This document shows, piece after piece, positions 28,401 to 37,752 of a stretch of DNA of 64,000 bases (positions are counted from its first letter, which is position 1; every line of letters starts with the position of its first letter). The position numbers and the translations under genes are program-made. The notes beneath the pieces are model-generated. The model searched no databases and was not told the DNA's origin. It saw only the letters and a program-made list of their open reading frames with translations. Source of the DNA: Bacteroidota bacterium (GTDB lineage Bacteria; Bacteroidota; Bacteroidia; Chitinophagales; BACL12); the NCBI GenBank assembly GCA_016715425.1, contig JADKAC010000008.1:239853-303852 (forward strand). The letters are read 5' to 3'.

Positions 28401-29161
28401 CTCGGATCAAAATCAACAGTTTCAAAAAATTCTCCAGCAATAACGATATTATTTTCAGCATCCACCATAGTTTCATTTCCCCAAAATGAATCCATTTTTA
28501 ATGCCCACAAAAAATTGCCATCATTATCTAATTTCAAAATAAAATCATTCCCCATTACACCTGCGGTAAGATTAAATGTTCCTGCACCCGGATTGAAGTC
28601 AACAGTATTCTGAAAATATCCATGAATTACAATATTATCATCATTGTCCAAGGCAAAACCATAATTCTGTTCAGTACCAGTTCCACCAAATTTTGCTGCC
28701 CATAATAAATTGCCATCTGCATCATATTTGCCACAATAAATTTCATCGCTGCCAGCAGATACAAGATTAAAAACGGAAGCCGTTGGATCCATATCTAATG
28801 TGCCGTTGAAATATCCGAATACAAATACATTTCCTTCAATATCTGTTTCTAAAACTGATGAATTACTAAACCCACTACCACCTAAATGTATAGCCCAAAT
28901 AAAATCGCCATCGCTATCCAACTTTACAATTGCTATATCTAAGGATGAAACGGAAGTAAATGTGGTTACACCTAGTCCGGGATCAGCATCCACTGAGCCA
29001 TAAAAATTACATGCAGTAAAAATATTCCCTATTGCATCAGTAGTTACATCACTATTTACTTGAGTGTCGTTACCATGAAATCGTTTGGCGAATAAAAAGC
29101 TTTGAGAAAAAAGTAATGAGCCCGAAAGAATAAAAAGAATGCACAGTAAATAAGGTTTCAT
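25406..29161 (-). CDS. Giant T9SS cargo protein: N-terminal SBBP-like beta-propeller repeats, eight exact 70-aa Cys-pair Ig-like modules, and a type-A sorting tail
   Basis: Signal peptide. About 9 repeats of D-x-x-G-N-x-(F/I)-x-x-G-x-F-x-x-T-(V/M)-DFDPG...L-x-S-x-G ... (F/V)-(I/V)-x-K-L-D-x-x-G-N-(F/Y)-x-W-A. Modules with C-x-G ... YLWNTG-x-TTQ-x-I ... G-x-Y-x-V-x-V-T-N-x-F-GC. Tail ISIFPNPVNEFLTIY...GNYMVKIL. Confidence 0.9.
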   Translation of the reverse strand: MKPYLLCILFILSGSLLFSQSFLFAKRFHGNDTQVNSDVTTDAIGNIFTACNFYGSVDADPGLGVTTFTSVSSLDIAIVKLDSDGDFIWAIHLGGSGFSNSSVLETDIEGNVFVFGYFNGTLDMDPTASVFNLVSAGSDEIYCGKYDADGNLLWAAKFGGTGTEQNYGFALDNDDNIVIHGYFQNTVDFNPGAGTFNLTAGVMGNDFILKLDNDGNFLWALKMDSFWGNETMVDAENNIVIAGEFFETVDFDPSPSTHNLTAYGFGADAVVLKLDSDGNYIWAVAFSGNMNEQVLSIAESTLDNTYITGGFFEGTMDADPGAEISNIISAGYVDGFTIKINNSDGSLVWGKGIGGLGFQSVNDLQVDETGGIHFTGAFEQTADFDPSGSVFNLTSAGYTDFYRLVWTSAGEFIAAEKIGGTLSDWSYKIHLDNSGAELITGYFDATVDFDPGPSTFNLSSEFTGWDGFLAKYCTSYTIHNYINICEGESFFAGGEYQTATGDYYDYYTPLEGCDSTVITHLNVNVPIVDLGLDTMICEGNNILLNAGNSEATFTWSTGAETQTITVSETGIYSVTITDVAGCIASDEIEINMVSGPVVFLGEDISMCSGESVELDAGNSEAEFLWNTGAITQTITVTTSGNYGVSVTNDAGCEAIDIVTVTVHTNPIVDLGLDTGICLGNTLLLNAENPGAEYLWNTGSANQIIEIDAAGLYYVTVTNTFNCFSSDSIFVEIFPAITVDLNDDIETCDGDVITLDSGFPDVEYLWNTGAITQTIDITESGTYYVFVTNNFGCSDADTVVVILNEIPFVEFPDTIEYCENEIALLDAENIGSTYLWSTGETTQQIIAASSGIYDVEISNDFGCTYNAETFVNLFPIPEISLGSDIESCYGEIILLDGAIPSGTYLWNTGATTSTIYVTTNGMYSVEVTNAFGCSNSDSIEVIFNATPFIAFDDSIGFCENEFALLDAENFGSTYLWNTGETTQQIIAPSSGIYSVEITNIFGCYFFEETEVIIYEIPEIFINADTALCAGTPVILDATITSGTYLWNTGATTSNIYVVNGGTYSVTVTNTFGCTYSDTILVIYFSPPVTTFNLSTDIICIEDAAITLDTGSPSGGIYSGPGVIGNLFTPSIAGVGTHTISYTYTDTNACTGSSSDLITVTICQNIEGENTNSNISIFPNPVNEFLTIYNRSAEALEFIEMYDLSGRITFSKNISVLPDNYFQIPMQNYVAGNYMVKILSDSQVYLEQIIITK
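25904..27583 (-). repeat. Array of eight 210-bp (70-aa) coding modules; the last four form a duplicated two-module 420-bp super-repeat
   Basis: I counted each module as exactly 70 aa. The YLW(S/N)TGETTQQII codons recur at 26663-26665 and 26243-26245 (420 bp apart). The track's similar out-of-frame ORFs 26101..26292 and 26479..26688 are a by-product. Confidence 0.85.
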
Positions 29162-29335
29162 AAAATTATTTTTTGTAATTGCATCTGTAAGCCAAAGAAT
29201 ATACCATGTAACGAGTTATTTATTAAAGCTAACTAATCTTTAGTAAGAAAGGGTTAATTCAATTTTGGAGTTTTATCTGATATGCGTGATAATTAATAAT
29301 TTAAAACACAATTTTAATTATTGAAAAATGCATAT

Positions 29336-30040
29336 TTAAAATATGGTTTGCAATTGAGAAAGATTAGAAATATTTTTTTCAAAACCATATTGATTTTCAT
29401 TTGCATTGTAGTTAAACCAGACAAACTGCATTCCTGCATTCAATGCACCTTTTCCATCCACTTCCGGTGAATCACCGATATAAATACTTTCATTAGCAAA
29501 TGCATTTGCATCACGCAATGCAGTTTCAAAAATTTTCCTATCCGGCTTTAAAGAATTTGCAGATTCGGCGGTGGTAATTGTTTTAAAAAAATCCTGTAAA
29601 CCGCAATTCTTTATTTTAAAAAATTGTACTTCATTAAAACCATTGGTGATAATATGCAGTGGATATTTTTTATTCAAATATTGTAGTGTTTCTATTGCTC
29701 CGGGTAATAATTCTTTTAAATGTCTTGTATGTTGAATATAATATTCTGCCATTTGCATAGCGATGGAGCGATTGTCAATTCCGAAGTCATAAAGTGTAAC
29801 ATAAAATCGTTCGAATCGCACTTCTTCTTTGTTCTTTCTTCCATAGCGATATGCATCCCACAAGAATTCATTGCGTTGTTTGTAGTTAAGAAAGAATTGA
29901 TCAAAATTTTTTATCCCTCTGCCGGGTAAATCAAAATCATAAAATAATTTCTCTACAATTACTTTTGAATTTGCACTAAAATCCCAGAGCGTATTATCCA
30001 GATCGAAGAATATATGTTTTACGTTATTTGAATTCATCAT
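29336..30040 (-). CDS. HAD-superfamily hydrolase (YjjG-like nucleotidase subfamily IA)
   Basis: Motif I IFFDLDNTLWDF, motif II IITNG, and motif IV YIGDSPEVDGKGALNAGM. Confidence 0.85.
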   Translation of the reverse strand: MMNSNNVKHIFFDLDNTLWDFSANSKVIVEKLFYDFDLPGRGIKNFDQFFLNYKQRNEFLWDAYRYGRKNKEEVRFERFYVTLYDFGIDNRSIAMQMAEYYIQHTRHLKELLPGAIETLQYLNKKYPLHIITNGFNEVQFFKIKNCGLQDFFKTITTAESANSLKPDRKIFETALRDANAFANESIYIGDSPEVDGKGALNAGMQFVWFNYNANENQYGFEKNISNLSQLQTIF

Positions 30041-31056
30041 TTAAAAACTATTGGATGAAATTTGTCTGATTTTTTTTCATCTATAAATGCGGCGCCGGTA
30101 TCAGCAACAGCCTTTGCAACGGGGCTAAATGTATAATCTAGTTGCTCTTGAATTTTACTGCTGTCGAAATACACTTGTTTGTTAGCAATACGAGCTGTTG
30201 TTTTTGTAACTGAGGGAGTTTGGCCGGTGAAAATACTGCGCAATGCATCTGCCCGCCAAGCTAATTCCGACATAAATTGTTTTGCTTTATAAGGTGGTCG
30301 TTTCACTTGCAATGCATCTGCAACCATCCATAAAAAATTTTTGTACATAATATTTTCACTGTTCAGAATAAAACGTTCGGAATGAATTTCACTTTGCATT
30401 AAACGATAAGCAATTTCCACTACATCACGCACATCTACATAACCTGTAATTCCTTCGGTATAAAATTTAAAACCATTATTCACAGTTGTAAATAACCTGC
30501 ATGAACCACTATTCCAATTCCCTGAACCAACAATAATAGAAGGATTTATTATTACTGCATTTAAGCCTTCTGCAATTCCTCGCCACACTTCCCTCTCTGC
30601 AAGATGTTTGCTTAAACTATAATCACTGATACTGTTTATATTTTCCCATTTATTATTTTCTACAACTAATTCTCCTGAAATTCCTGTTCTGCCCACGGCA
30701 GCAATTGAACTTACATGAAGCATTTTTTTTATCTGTAATTCCAAACAAATATTTACCACATTTGCTGTTCCTTCAACATTAATATTCATCAACTTTTCTG
30801 CATCCTTTTTCACATAGGAAATAATTGCCGCAGTGTGATACACATAATCAACGCCTTCCATTGCAATTGCTAATGAATCAACATCTGTAATATCACCTAT
30901 TATCCATTCTATTTCATCTGCAATATCTGCCACTAATTTTAAATCACTTGTATTTCTTCGCAATGCACGCACTCTTTCCCCTTTCATTAATAAATATCTT
31001 GCAAGATAGCTTCCTACTAATCCGTTTGCACCTGTTATAAAATGACTTTGTTGCAT
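30037..31056 (-). CDS. NAD-dependent epimerase/dehydratase family (extended SDR) protein
   Basis: FITGANGLVGSYLARYLL Rossmann motif and catalytic YSLSK (YxxxK). 339 aa. Confidence 0.85.
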   Translation of the reverse strand: MQQSHFITGANGLVGSYLARYLLMKGERVRALRRNTSDLKLVADIADEIEWIIGDITDVDSLAIAMEGVDYVYHTAAIISYVKKDAEKLMNINVEGTANVVNICLELQIKKMLHVSSIAAVGRTGISGELVVENNKWENINSISDYSLSKHLAEREVWRGIAEGLNAVIINPSIIVGSGNWNSGSCRLFTTVNNGFKFYTEGITGYVDVRDVVEIAYRLMQSEIHSERFILNSENIMYKNFLWMVADALQVKRPPYKAKQFMSELAWRADALRSIFTGQTPSVTKTTARIANKQVYFDSSKIQEQLDYTFSPVAKAVADTGAAFIDEKKSDKFHPIVFK

Positions 31057-31062
31057 TTTTTT

Positions 31063-32148
31063 TTATTGAATTATTTCACCGCCACAAACTGCTATTCTTG
31101 CACCGGTTACTGAAGGGAAAAAGTTTGGTAATTGTTTCCATCGCAACACACCCATTAATGCGATTGCTAATGCTTCCTTAAATTGAATAATGGAATCTGT
31201 AGGTAATTGAATTCGTGTATTGCATAAAATAGCAATTCTGTTTACTAATGTGGTGTTGTATGCTCCACCTCCGGTAACAAGTATTTTTAATTGTTTGCAA
31301 TCGGAAAATGCAGATTGAATAGCACTGCTGATTTGTTGCGCAATATGTTCTGTTGCTGTTGCCATCTGATCTTGCAAGGATACATTAAAATTATCGAGTA
31401 TGCTTATAAAATGCTTTTGTACATAAGCATTATCCAATGATTTTGGAAAGGGTGCATGCAAAAATTTATCTGCATTTAATGCTTGTAAAAGTGCTTGATT
31501 TAATTTTCCAGTAGCAGCAATTTTACCTCCATCATCAAAAGGCATATTTAATTTTCCTGCAATAGAATTTAATATTTGATTAGCTCCGCAGATATCAAAA
31601 CCAAATCGTTTCCCATTGCTATCCAAAGAAATATTTGCAATGCCACCAATATTTAAACAAACCTCAAAATCACTAAACAACTTTGCATCACACATAGGAA
31701 CAAGTGGCGCACCTTGTCCGCCGGCACGAATATCTGCATTGCGAAAATCATTTATTATAGGAACAGAAACATGCTTTCTAATATTAATTGCATTGCCGAT
31801 TTGCAATGAAAATCCTTTTTCAGGATGATGCGCAATTGTATGTCCATGCGAAGCGATGAAATCAGGAAGAATGAGATTGTTGTTTTGCAAAAATTTAAAA
31901 ATCTCTGCACCACAAAAATCTCCAAATAATAAATCTGCTTCTTGCACTTTGTTGTTATCAATTACTGCTTGTTGCAATGCTTGCATAATATTTTTAGGAA
32001 AAGGAATTGTAATGGATTGTACTATTTCAAAATCAAAATTATTTTCTTGAATATCAAATCTGCAATAGGCAATATCCAATCCATCTAAAGAACTCCCCGA
32101 CATTAAACCCACTACATTATATGATTTCTTGTTGTTCAATCTGTTCAT
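31063..32148 (-). CDS. anmK: Anhydro-N-acetylmuramic acid kinase
   Basis: N-terminal VVGLMSGSSLDGLDIA, DFRNADIRAGGQGAPLVP and VTGGGAYNTTL, which are typical AnmK motifs. Confidence 0.9.
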   Translation of the reverse strand: MNRLNNKKSYNVVGLMSGSSLDGLDIAYCRFDIQENNFDFEIVQSITIPFPKNIMQALQQAVIDNNKVQEADLLFGDFCGAEIFKFLQNNNLILPDFIASHGHTIAHHPEKGFSLQIGNAINIRKHVSVPIINDFRNADIRAGGQGAPLVPMCDAKLFSDFEVCLNIGGIANISLDSNGKRFGFDICGANQILNSIAGKLNMPFDDGGKIAATGKLNQALLQALNADKFLHAPFPKSLDNAYVQKHFISILDNFNVSLQDQMATATEHIAQQISSAIQSAFSDCKQLKILVTGGGAYNTTLVNRIAILCNTRIQLPTDSIIQFKEALAIALMGVLRWKQLPNFFPSVTGARIAVCGGEIIQ

Positions 32149-32199
32149 TTTTATTCTCTAAATATTTTGGTACAAGTTGAATTTCAGATTCACTGCATT

Positions 32200-32243
32200 T
32201 AAAAAAAATAGCTTTGCCATATTAAAAAATATTGCAAAGCTAT
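32200..32243 (-). terminator. Rho-independent terminator after the 708-aa type-B cargo gene
   Basis: A perfect 10-bp stem atagctttgc / gcaaagctat (32208-32217 / 32234-32243) is followed on the minus strand by T8 (plus-strand A-run 32201-32208). Confidence 0.8.
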
Positions 32244-32264
32244 TTTCAGAAATAATAAAATTTA

Positions 32265-34391
32265 TTAGCGTACCAACAGTACAGAACCTTGTAAATCCAC
32301 TTGTGATCCATCAAGATTTCGTGCACGAATCAGATATACATAAGATCCCATATCTTGTTCTTTTCCATTGTATGTTCCATCCCAACCTTGAGTTACATCT
32401 GTAGTAGAAAATAATTCCTGACCCCAACGATTATAAATGGCAAATACATCAAGCGCTTCAACGGAGTGTGTTAATAATAATAATTCATCATTAATACCAT
32501 CACCATTTGGACTGAATGCATTTGGAATATCTATTACTGTGATATCCAAAACATAAATAGTTACATCATCGGATTCAACACAACCATCAGGACTGGTAAC
32601 AGTAAGGGTATATGTAACAGTAAGTGGTGGACGAATTTCAGGAGTTGCAGAAAACGGATCGCTCACGAATGTTGCTGGAAACCAGCTATACGAACCAAGA
32701 CCTTCACCTTGTAAAGTATAATAATCCAAATAGGTGATTGTATCATCCGGACCTGCATACGCTTCAGGTAAAACGCCAATTACAATATCGTAAGAGATGG
32801 TGTCTTTACAACCATTATTTGCTGTAGTAATTAAAGTAACAGTGTATGTTCCTGCAGGATCATAATTATGCGAAGGATTTTCAGAAGTACTGCTACCACC
32901 ATCGCCAAAATTCCATGAATATGTACTTATAGATGCTCCGTCTGGAATTGTAGAAAGATTTGAAAATTCTGCACTTTCATTTTGACATACATCATCAAAC
33001 TCAAAGTCGGCTTCAGGGCCAGATAAAACATCAATAGATTGTGTAATTGTTGCCGTACATCCTTTTTCTGTTTCTACAAATAAATTCACAGTATAACTTC
33101 CTCCAGCAGCATATAAATAATCCGGATTAGAATCCGTGCTTGAACCACCATCGCCAAAATCCCAAGCCCATTCGGTGATATCACCTGCAAGAGTTGAAAC
33201 AGATTGATCAATAAACATTACAGATGCATTTGAACAACCGGCGATATAATCAAAATCAGCAGTAACTACATTATAAATCAGCACATCAATAATTGCAGTA
33301 TCGGCACACACAAAACCGGGGTTTGCAATTAGGGTAACGGTATAACTTCCTGTGTCAGCATACACATGCACTCCTTCAAAAGAAGTGGATGTAGTTCCAT
33401 CTCCAAAATCCCACAAATAATCATCTGCACCTGTACTCAGATTGTCAAAGTTTACTGTAAAATCTTCACAGTCTAAATATACTTCCTCGACAACAGCACC
33501 ATCCACGCCAATCACTGAAGTAAGTGTCGGTTCACATAATTCCACATTAAACTGAAAATCACGATAATGATTTCCCAATAATACACCATCCCGCCATTCT
33601 TCGGCAACAATACCTACAACATAGCGTCCTTCAAAAAGAGCAGTGCCTGTAAGCAACCCGGTATTCACATCAATTGCCAATTCTGGGCTTGCATCTACCA
33701 TATAATCTACATCATAACCGGTAGCCCAATCAACGGAACCATAAGGCGGTGCCGGCGGTGGGGATGGAGCCGGTGCAAATGAACTTGCACCTTCAAACGG
33801 AGTATAAAATTTATAAGCTAAAGAGTCGCCATCAATATCAGAAGCGCTATGATCAAAGTTGAGTGGATCATCTACACAAATAACGGGTGGCGGATAATTA
33901 TTAAATACGGGAGAGTTATTACATTCCGCTGCACTGCCCGGCGGAATTTGTTGCCAGATTGTTGAGCCGGTATCCTCCGGTGCATCAATATTTATAATGC
34001 CTGCATTTCTGCAGCAACGCTGATATACTAAATCATAAGTATCTGCATCATCAGGCAATTCAATGGTAACTGTGTAAATACCTTGTTCGATACATAATCC
34101 CGGTGGTACATCCAAACATGGATTATCCACTTCGATGGGTATATCTGTAGTTTCAGGTGAATACATTGCCACGTTTTCAATTAGATCACCATCAGAATTA
34201 TAAATTCCTAAGTAAGCCGGATTATCAAATGCCGTTGCACTAGTGCAATCACGATATAAGACTACTGTAACTTCATAAGTATTATCACCCGTACAAGTGT
34301 AATAAATTTCACCACCAATAATGTGTGATGCAAAAGTTTTAGTGCTTATAAAAATTATAGTAAGCAGAAAGAGTAATCTTATAAATTTCAT
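32265..34391 (-). CDS. T9SS type-B (CHU_C / gliding-motility-associated C-terminal domain) cargo protein with a Cys-rich N-terminal domain and PKD repeats
   Basis: Signal peptide. N-domain SHIIGGEIYYTC...YRDC...QRCCRN...DIDGDSLAY. Three PKD-like units (WDFGDGT, WAWDFGDGG, WNFGDGG). Tail IPNAFSPNGDGINDE...YNRWGQELF...WDGTYNGK. Confidence 0.9.
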   Translation of the reverse strand: MKFIRLLFLLTIIFISTKTFASHIIGGEIYYTCTGDNTYEVTVVLYRDCTSATAFDNPAYLGIYNSDGDLIENVAMYSPETTDIPIEVDNPCLDVPPGLCIEQGIYTVTIELPDDADTYDLVYQRCCRNAGIINIDAPEDTGSTIWQQIPPGSAAECNNSPVFNNYPPPVICVDDPLNFDHSASDIDGDSLAYKFYTPFEGASSFAPAPSPPPAPPYGSVDWATGYDVDYMVDASPELAIDVNTGLLTGTALFEGRYVVGIVAEEWRDGVLLGNHYRDFQFNVELCEPTLTSVIGVDGAVVEEVYLDCEDFTVNFDNLSTGADDYLWDFGDGTTSTSFEGVHVYADTGSYTVTLIANPGFVCADTAIIDVLIYNVVTADFDYIAGCSNASVMFIDQSVSTLAGDITEWAWDFGDGGSSTDSNPDYLYAAGGSYTVNLFVETEKGCTATITQSIDVLSGPEADFEFDDVCQNESAEFSNLSTIPDGASISTYSWNFGDGGSSTSENPSHNYDPAGTYTVTLITTANNGCKDTISYDIVIGVLPEAYAGPDDTITYLDYYTLQGEGLGSYSWFPATFVSDPFSATPEIRPPLTVTYTLTVTSPDGCVESDDVTIYVLDITVIDIPNAFSPNGDGINDELLLLTHSVEALDVFAIYNRWGQELFSTTDVTQGWDGTYNGKEQDMGSYVYLIRARNLDGSQVDLQGSVLLVR

Positions 34392-34423
34392 TGTAGAATG
34401 ATTAGGGTTCTAAATTAAAAAAA

Positions 34424-36778
34424 TTACCTCAAAAGCGTGATAGTACCAGTTAGAGTTTGCCGAATATCTTCACATTTTACATTTATCACATAAAAGTACA
34501 CATCTGTCTCCTGTTCCTTACCTTTATTTATGCCATCCCATTCTTTTGTAATATCATCGGTTTCAAATACAATTTCTCCCCAGCGATTATAGATACTGAA
34601 ATTATCTACTGCATCATCACCAAAAGAAACTATACGGAATGCATCATTTAATCCATCTCCATTTGGTGTAAAAGCATTGGGTATATCATAGCGATTACAT
34701 CTTAACCAAACTACAATACTTATGGTGTCGGCATTAGTACATCCGTTTTCTCCCGTAGCTGTAACTATGTATGCAGATGTTTCCGAAGGAGAAACAACAG
34801 GGTTCGCAGTTACTGAATTATCCAAATCCTGCGAAGGCCACCAACTAAAACTTATTCCATCACTTTCAGAATATAATTGTACAGGTTCAAATCTATATAC
34901 CGCAGTATCCGGCCAAGCAGTAATTTCCGGTCGTGGTAATACCTCTATAAAAATAGATGCGGTATCCGAAGTACAACCATCAGAAACAAGCACTGTATAA
35001 AGTGTACTTACTTCCGGATATACATAAGGATTAAAAGCATTATCATCCGAAATGCGATACACAGGTGTCCATTGATAAGAAGAACCATTGCGCACTAATA
35101 ATTGAACTGTATCATAAATACAAATAGCGGTATCCGGTTCTAATTCGGCAATTACTTGCGGAGCAATAGTTATGTAATGTGTAATTGTATCCGTACAACC
35201 TTTATCAGAAATTGCAACGTAAGTAATTTCAAAAACTCCTGTTGTATCAAAATTTATAGTTGAACTGGCACCCATTGTTGCAGAAGCTTCTCCCGGCAAA
35301 GTCCATTCACCATTTATGACTGAATATCCTTCAGCAATTATACTGTTGTCCATTAATTCTGCAGATTGCCCGAGACAATGACTATCCCAGATAAAATCTG
35401 CTTGTGGCAAAGGATACACTATTATATTCTTTGAAATTTCTTTAGTACAACCCACGTCATTTTTCACTTTTAAAGTAACCGGGAAACTACCTCCGCTTTC
35501 AAACATTAGCGAAGGGTCCTGAAGAGTAGAAGTAATCCCTCCTCCAAAATCCCAAATCCATTCTGTTAATTCTCCATGATCTGTTGTAGAAGCATCATCA
35601 AAAAATAGTAATTGCTGGGCGCATGCTGCTTCATAATTAAAATCAGCAATCAATTGCGGATACACATTCACTTCAGAATAACTAGTATCAGAACATATTG
35701 TTCCGGGATTTGCCACCAACATAACTATATAAGTGCCTGTGTCTGGATAAGTATATATAGGTTCGAAAGTCGTAGAACTATCACTTCCTATTGAAGGCAC
35801 ACCAAAATCCCAGTAATAAGAAGATGTTCCAAAACTGTTGTTATCAAAATCAATGGTGAGGTTATCACAATTATTTATTTCCGCAGGAAAATCAGCATAT
35901 AACGACGGCGTACAATCGGTAACATTAAATTGAAAATCCCGCAAATGGGTTTCTATTAATTCTCCATCTCTGTATTCTTTTACACAAATACCGACAACAA
36001 ATTGCCCGAACAAAGTTGGTGTTCCGGTTAACAATCCGGTTTCTGAATTTATAGTTAATTCCGGACTGGCTTCCATGGGATATGTAGCACTAAACCCCTC
36101 AGCATAATCCAAAGTTGGAAATGGTGGTGAGCTAATAGGAGGCACAGAAAACAGGTCGGGAATTGGAGCAGTTAACCCACCTCCAAGAAACGGTGCACAT
36201 AATTCATACACTAAAGAATCTCCATCAGGGTCAGTTGCCGAATGATCAAATTGAAATGGGTATCCCCCACAAATAACGATTGGTGGAAATGTATTAAACC
36301 TTGGACTGGAATTGCAAATATCTCCCGGGTTTGGTATATATGCCCAATAAGTAGCTCCTTGTGAATCAGGTTCATCCAGATTAATAATAGAAGAATTTCG
36401 ACAACAACGCTGATAAACTAAATCATATCCTCCTAAACTATTAGGTAAATTAATTATCACTTCATAAACCCCTTCTTCCACACATATATCCGGTGCATCC
36501 ACAATACATGGATTCGTTAAGTCAGGATCAATTAAAGTGGAGCTTAATAAGGGTATAGAAATTTGCTGTTGTAACACTCCGCTACTGTTATAGATATATA
36601 AGTATAAAGGGTCATCAAAATCGGCACCGGAAGAATAGCAATCTCTGTAAATTTTTATCGTAACCTTATAATTATTATCACTTAGGCAGTCGTAATACAT
36701 TTCACCCCCAATTAAATGGTAAGCATAACTCGAAATACTAAACAGCAAACAAAATGATATATATAGAAAGTGTTTCAA
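34424..36778 (-). CDS. T9SS type-B (CHU_C) cargo protein, paralog of the neighbouring 708-aa protein
   Basis: Same N-domain (YHLIGGEMYYDC...YRDC...QRCCRN...DPDGDSLVY), PKD-like units (WDFG, WIWDFGGG), and tail IPNAFTPNGDGLNDA...YNRWGEIVF...WDGINKGK. The start codon at 36776-36778 is a TTG. Alignment of the signal peptide with the paralog supports it. Confidence 0.9.
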   Translation of the reverse strand: MKHFLYISFCLLFSISSYAYHLIGGEMYYDCLSDNNYKVTIKIYRDCYSSGADFDDPLYLYIYNSSGVLQQQISIPLLSSTLIDPDLTNPCIVDAPDICVEEGVYEVIINLPNSLGGYDLVYQRCCRNSSIINLDEPDSQGATYWAYIPNPGDICNSSPRFNTFPPIVICGGYPFQFDHSATDPDGDSLVYELCAPFLGGGLTAPIPDLFSVPPISSPPFPTLDYAEGFSATYPMEASPELTINSETGLLTGTPTLFGQFVVGICVKEYRDGELIETHLRDFQFNVTDCTPSLYADFPAEINNCDNLTIDFDNNSFGTSSYYWDFGVPSIGSDSSTTFEPIYTYPDTGTYIVMLVANPGTICSDTSYSEVNVYPQLIADFNYEAACAQQLLFFDDASTTDHGELTEWIWDFGGGITSTLQDPSLMFESGGSFPVTLKVKNDVGCTKEISKNIIVYPLPQADFIWDSHCLGQSAELMDNSIIAEGYSVINGEWTLPGEASATMGASSTINFDTTGVFEITYVAISDKGCTDTITHYITIAPQVIAELEPDTAICIYDTVQLLVRNGSSYQWTPVYRISDDNAFNPYVYPEVSTLYTVLVSDGCTSDTASIFIEVLPRPEITAWPDTAVYRFEPVQLYSESDGISFSWWPSQDLDNSVTANPVVSPSETSAYIVTATGENGCTNADTISIVVWLRCNRYDIPNAFTPNGDGLNDAFRIVSFGDDAVDNFSIYNRWGEIVFETDDITKEWDGINKGKEQETDVYFYVINVKCEDIRQTLTGTITLLR

Positions 36779-36885
36779 AAAACTGTAATTATTGGATTTA
36801 TAAAATTAGACTAAAGCAACCAAAGAATTTATCATTAGCCAGTCAATTTAATAAAACGTTAAATCGTAAACTATTGCTGAAAGAC

Positions 36886-37713
36886 TTAACTACAAAAAAT
36901 TAAAAAATTATTCATTGCTTCAGCAAGTTCCGAAGGCTGTTCAATCATACTCATATGACCACTTTTATTAAACAATTCCACTTGTGAAACGGCGGCAATA
37001 CTTGTTTGCTTAAGCAATACTTCTTTAGGCATAATGGCATCATCTTCTCCTATACCAAAAAATACAGGAACATTTACATTGCGCAATACTTCAGAAGTAT
37101 CTTCACGATTTGCCATTGCTTTCAAGTGAGTAGTCAATCCCTTTATAGGAGTTGCTGATATCATTTGCAAATGCGTATCTATAAATTGTTGATCTGAATT
37201 TTTTGAAAATAATTTAGGGGTAAAATCTTTTAAATACACTTCTGCACCATGTTGAATAATAAATTCTGCTGATTTATTTCTACCTGCTTTTTTCTCTGCA
37301 TCATCAGCAAATACATGGGAGTGTAATAAGCCAACACCCAACATCATGGATGCATACTTTTTTGCAAACTCCATAGCAATATATCCGCCCATACTATGAC
37401 CGATTACTACACACTGAGATATACTTTCTTTTTTCAAAATAGCATGCAGCATATCTGCAAAGTCCTCAATAGATGCATTGGGTTGTACATCAGAAATTCC
37501 CGAACCGGGTAATTCAGGAATTAATACACACCATTGTTTATCTATCAATGGAATGATTGAATTCCATATGTAACCTGCAGCGCCATAACCATGAATCAGA
37601 ATAAGACATTTTCCTTCACCATTTAGTGAATAATAAAATTTGTGGGAATTTATTTCTATAAACTTTGAAGTATCCATTGTATAGGTTTTATAGTACAAAC
37701 TTATACTTCTCAA
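36886..37713 (-). CDS. Alpha/beta-fold hydrolase
   Basis: Oxyanion region LILIHGYG, nucleophile elbow GHSMGG, and C-terminal GHMSMIEQP (catalytic His). An alternative start is at M13 (37677). Confidence 0.85.
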   Translation of the reverse strand: MRSISLYYKTYTMDTSKFIEINSHKFYYSLNGEGKCLILIHGYGAAGYIWNSIIPLIDKQWCVLIPELPGSGISDVQPNASIEDFADMLHAILKKESISQCVVIGHSMGGYIAMEFAKKYASMMLGVGLLHSHVFADDAEKKAGRNKSAEFIIQHGAEVYLKDFTPKLFSKNSDQQFIDTHLQMISATPIKGLTTHLKAMANREDTSEVLRNVNVPVFFGIGEDDAIMPKEVLLKQTSIAAVSQVELFNKSGHMSMIEQPSELAEAMNNFLIFCS

Positions 37714-37752
37714 TGCAAAATTTCTATTTTTAGCATTACTTAAAATACGGTT

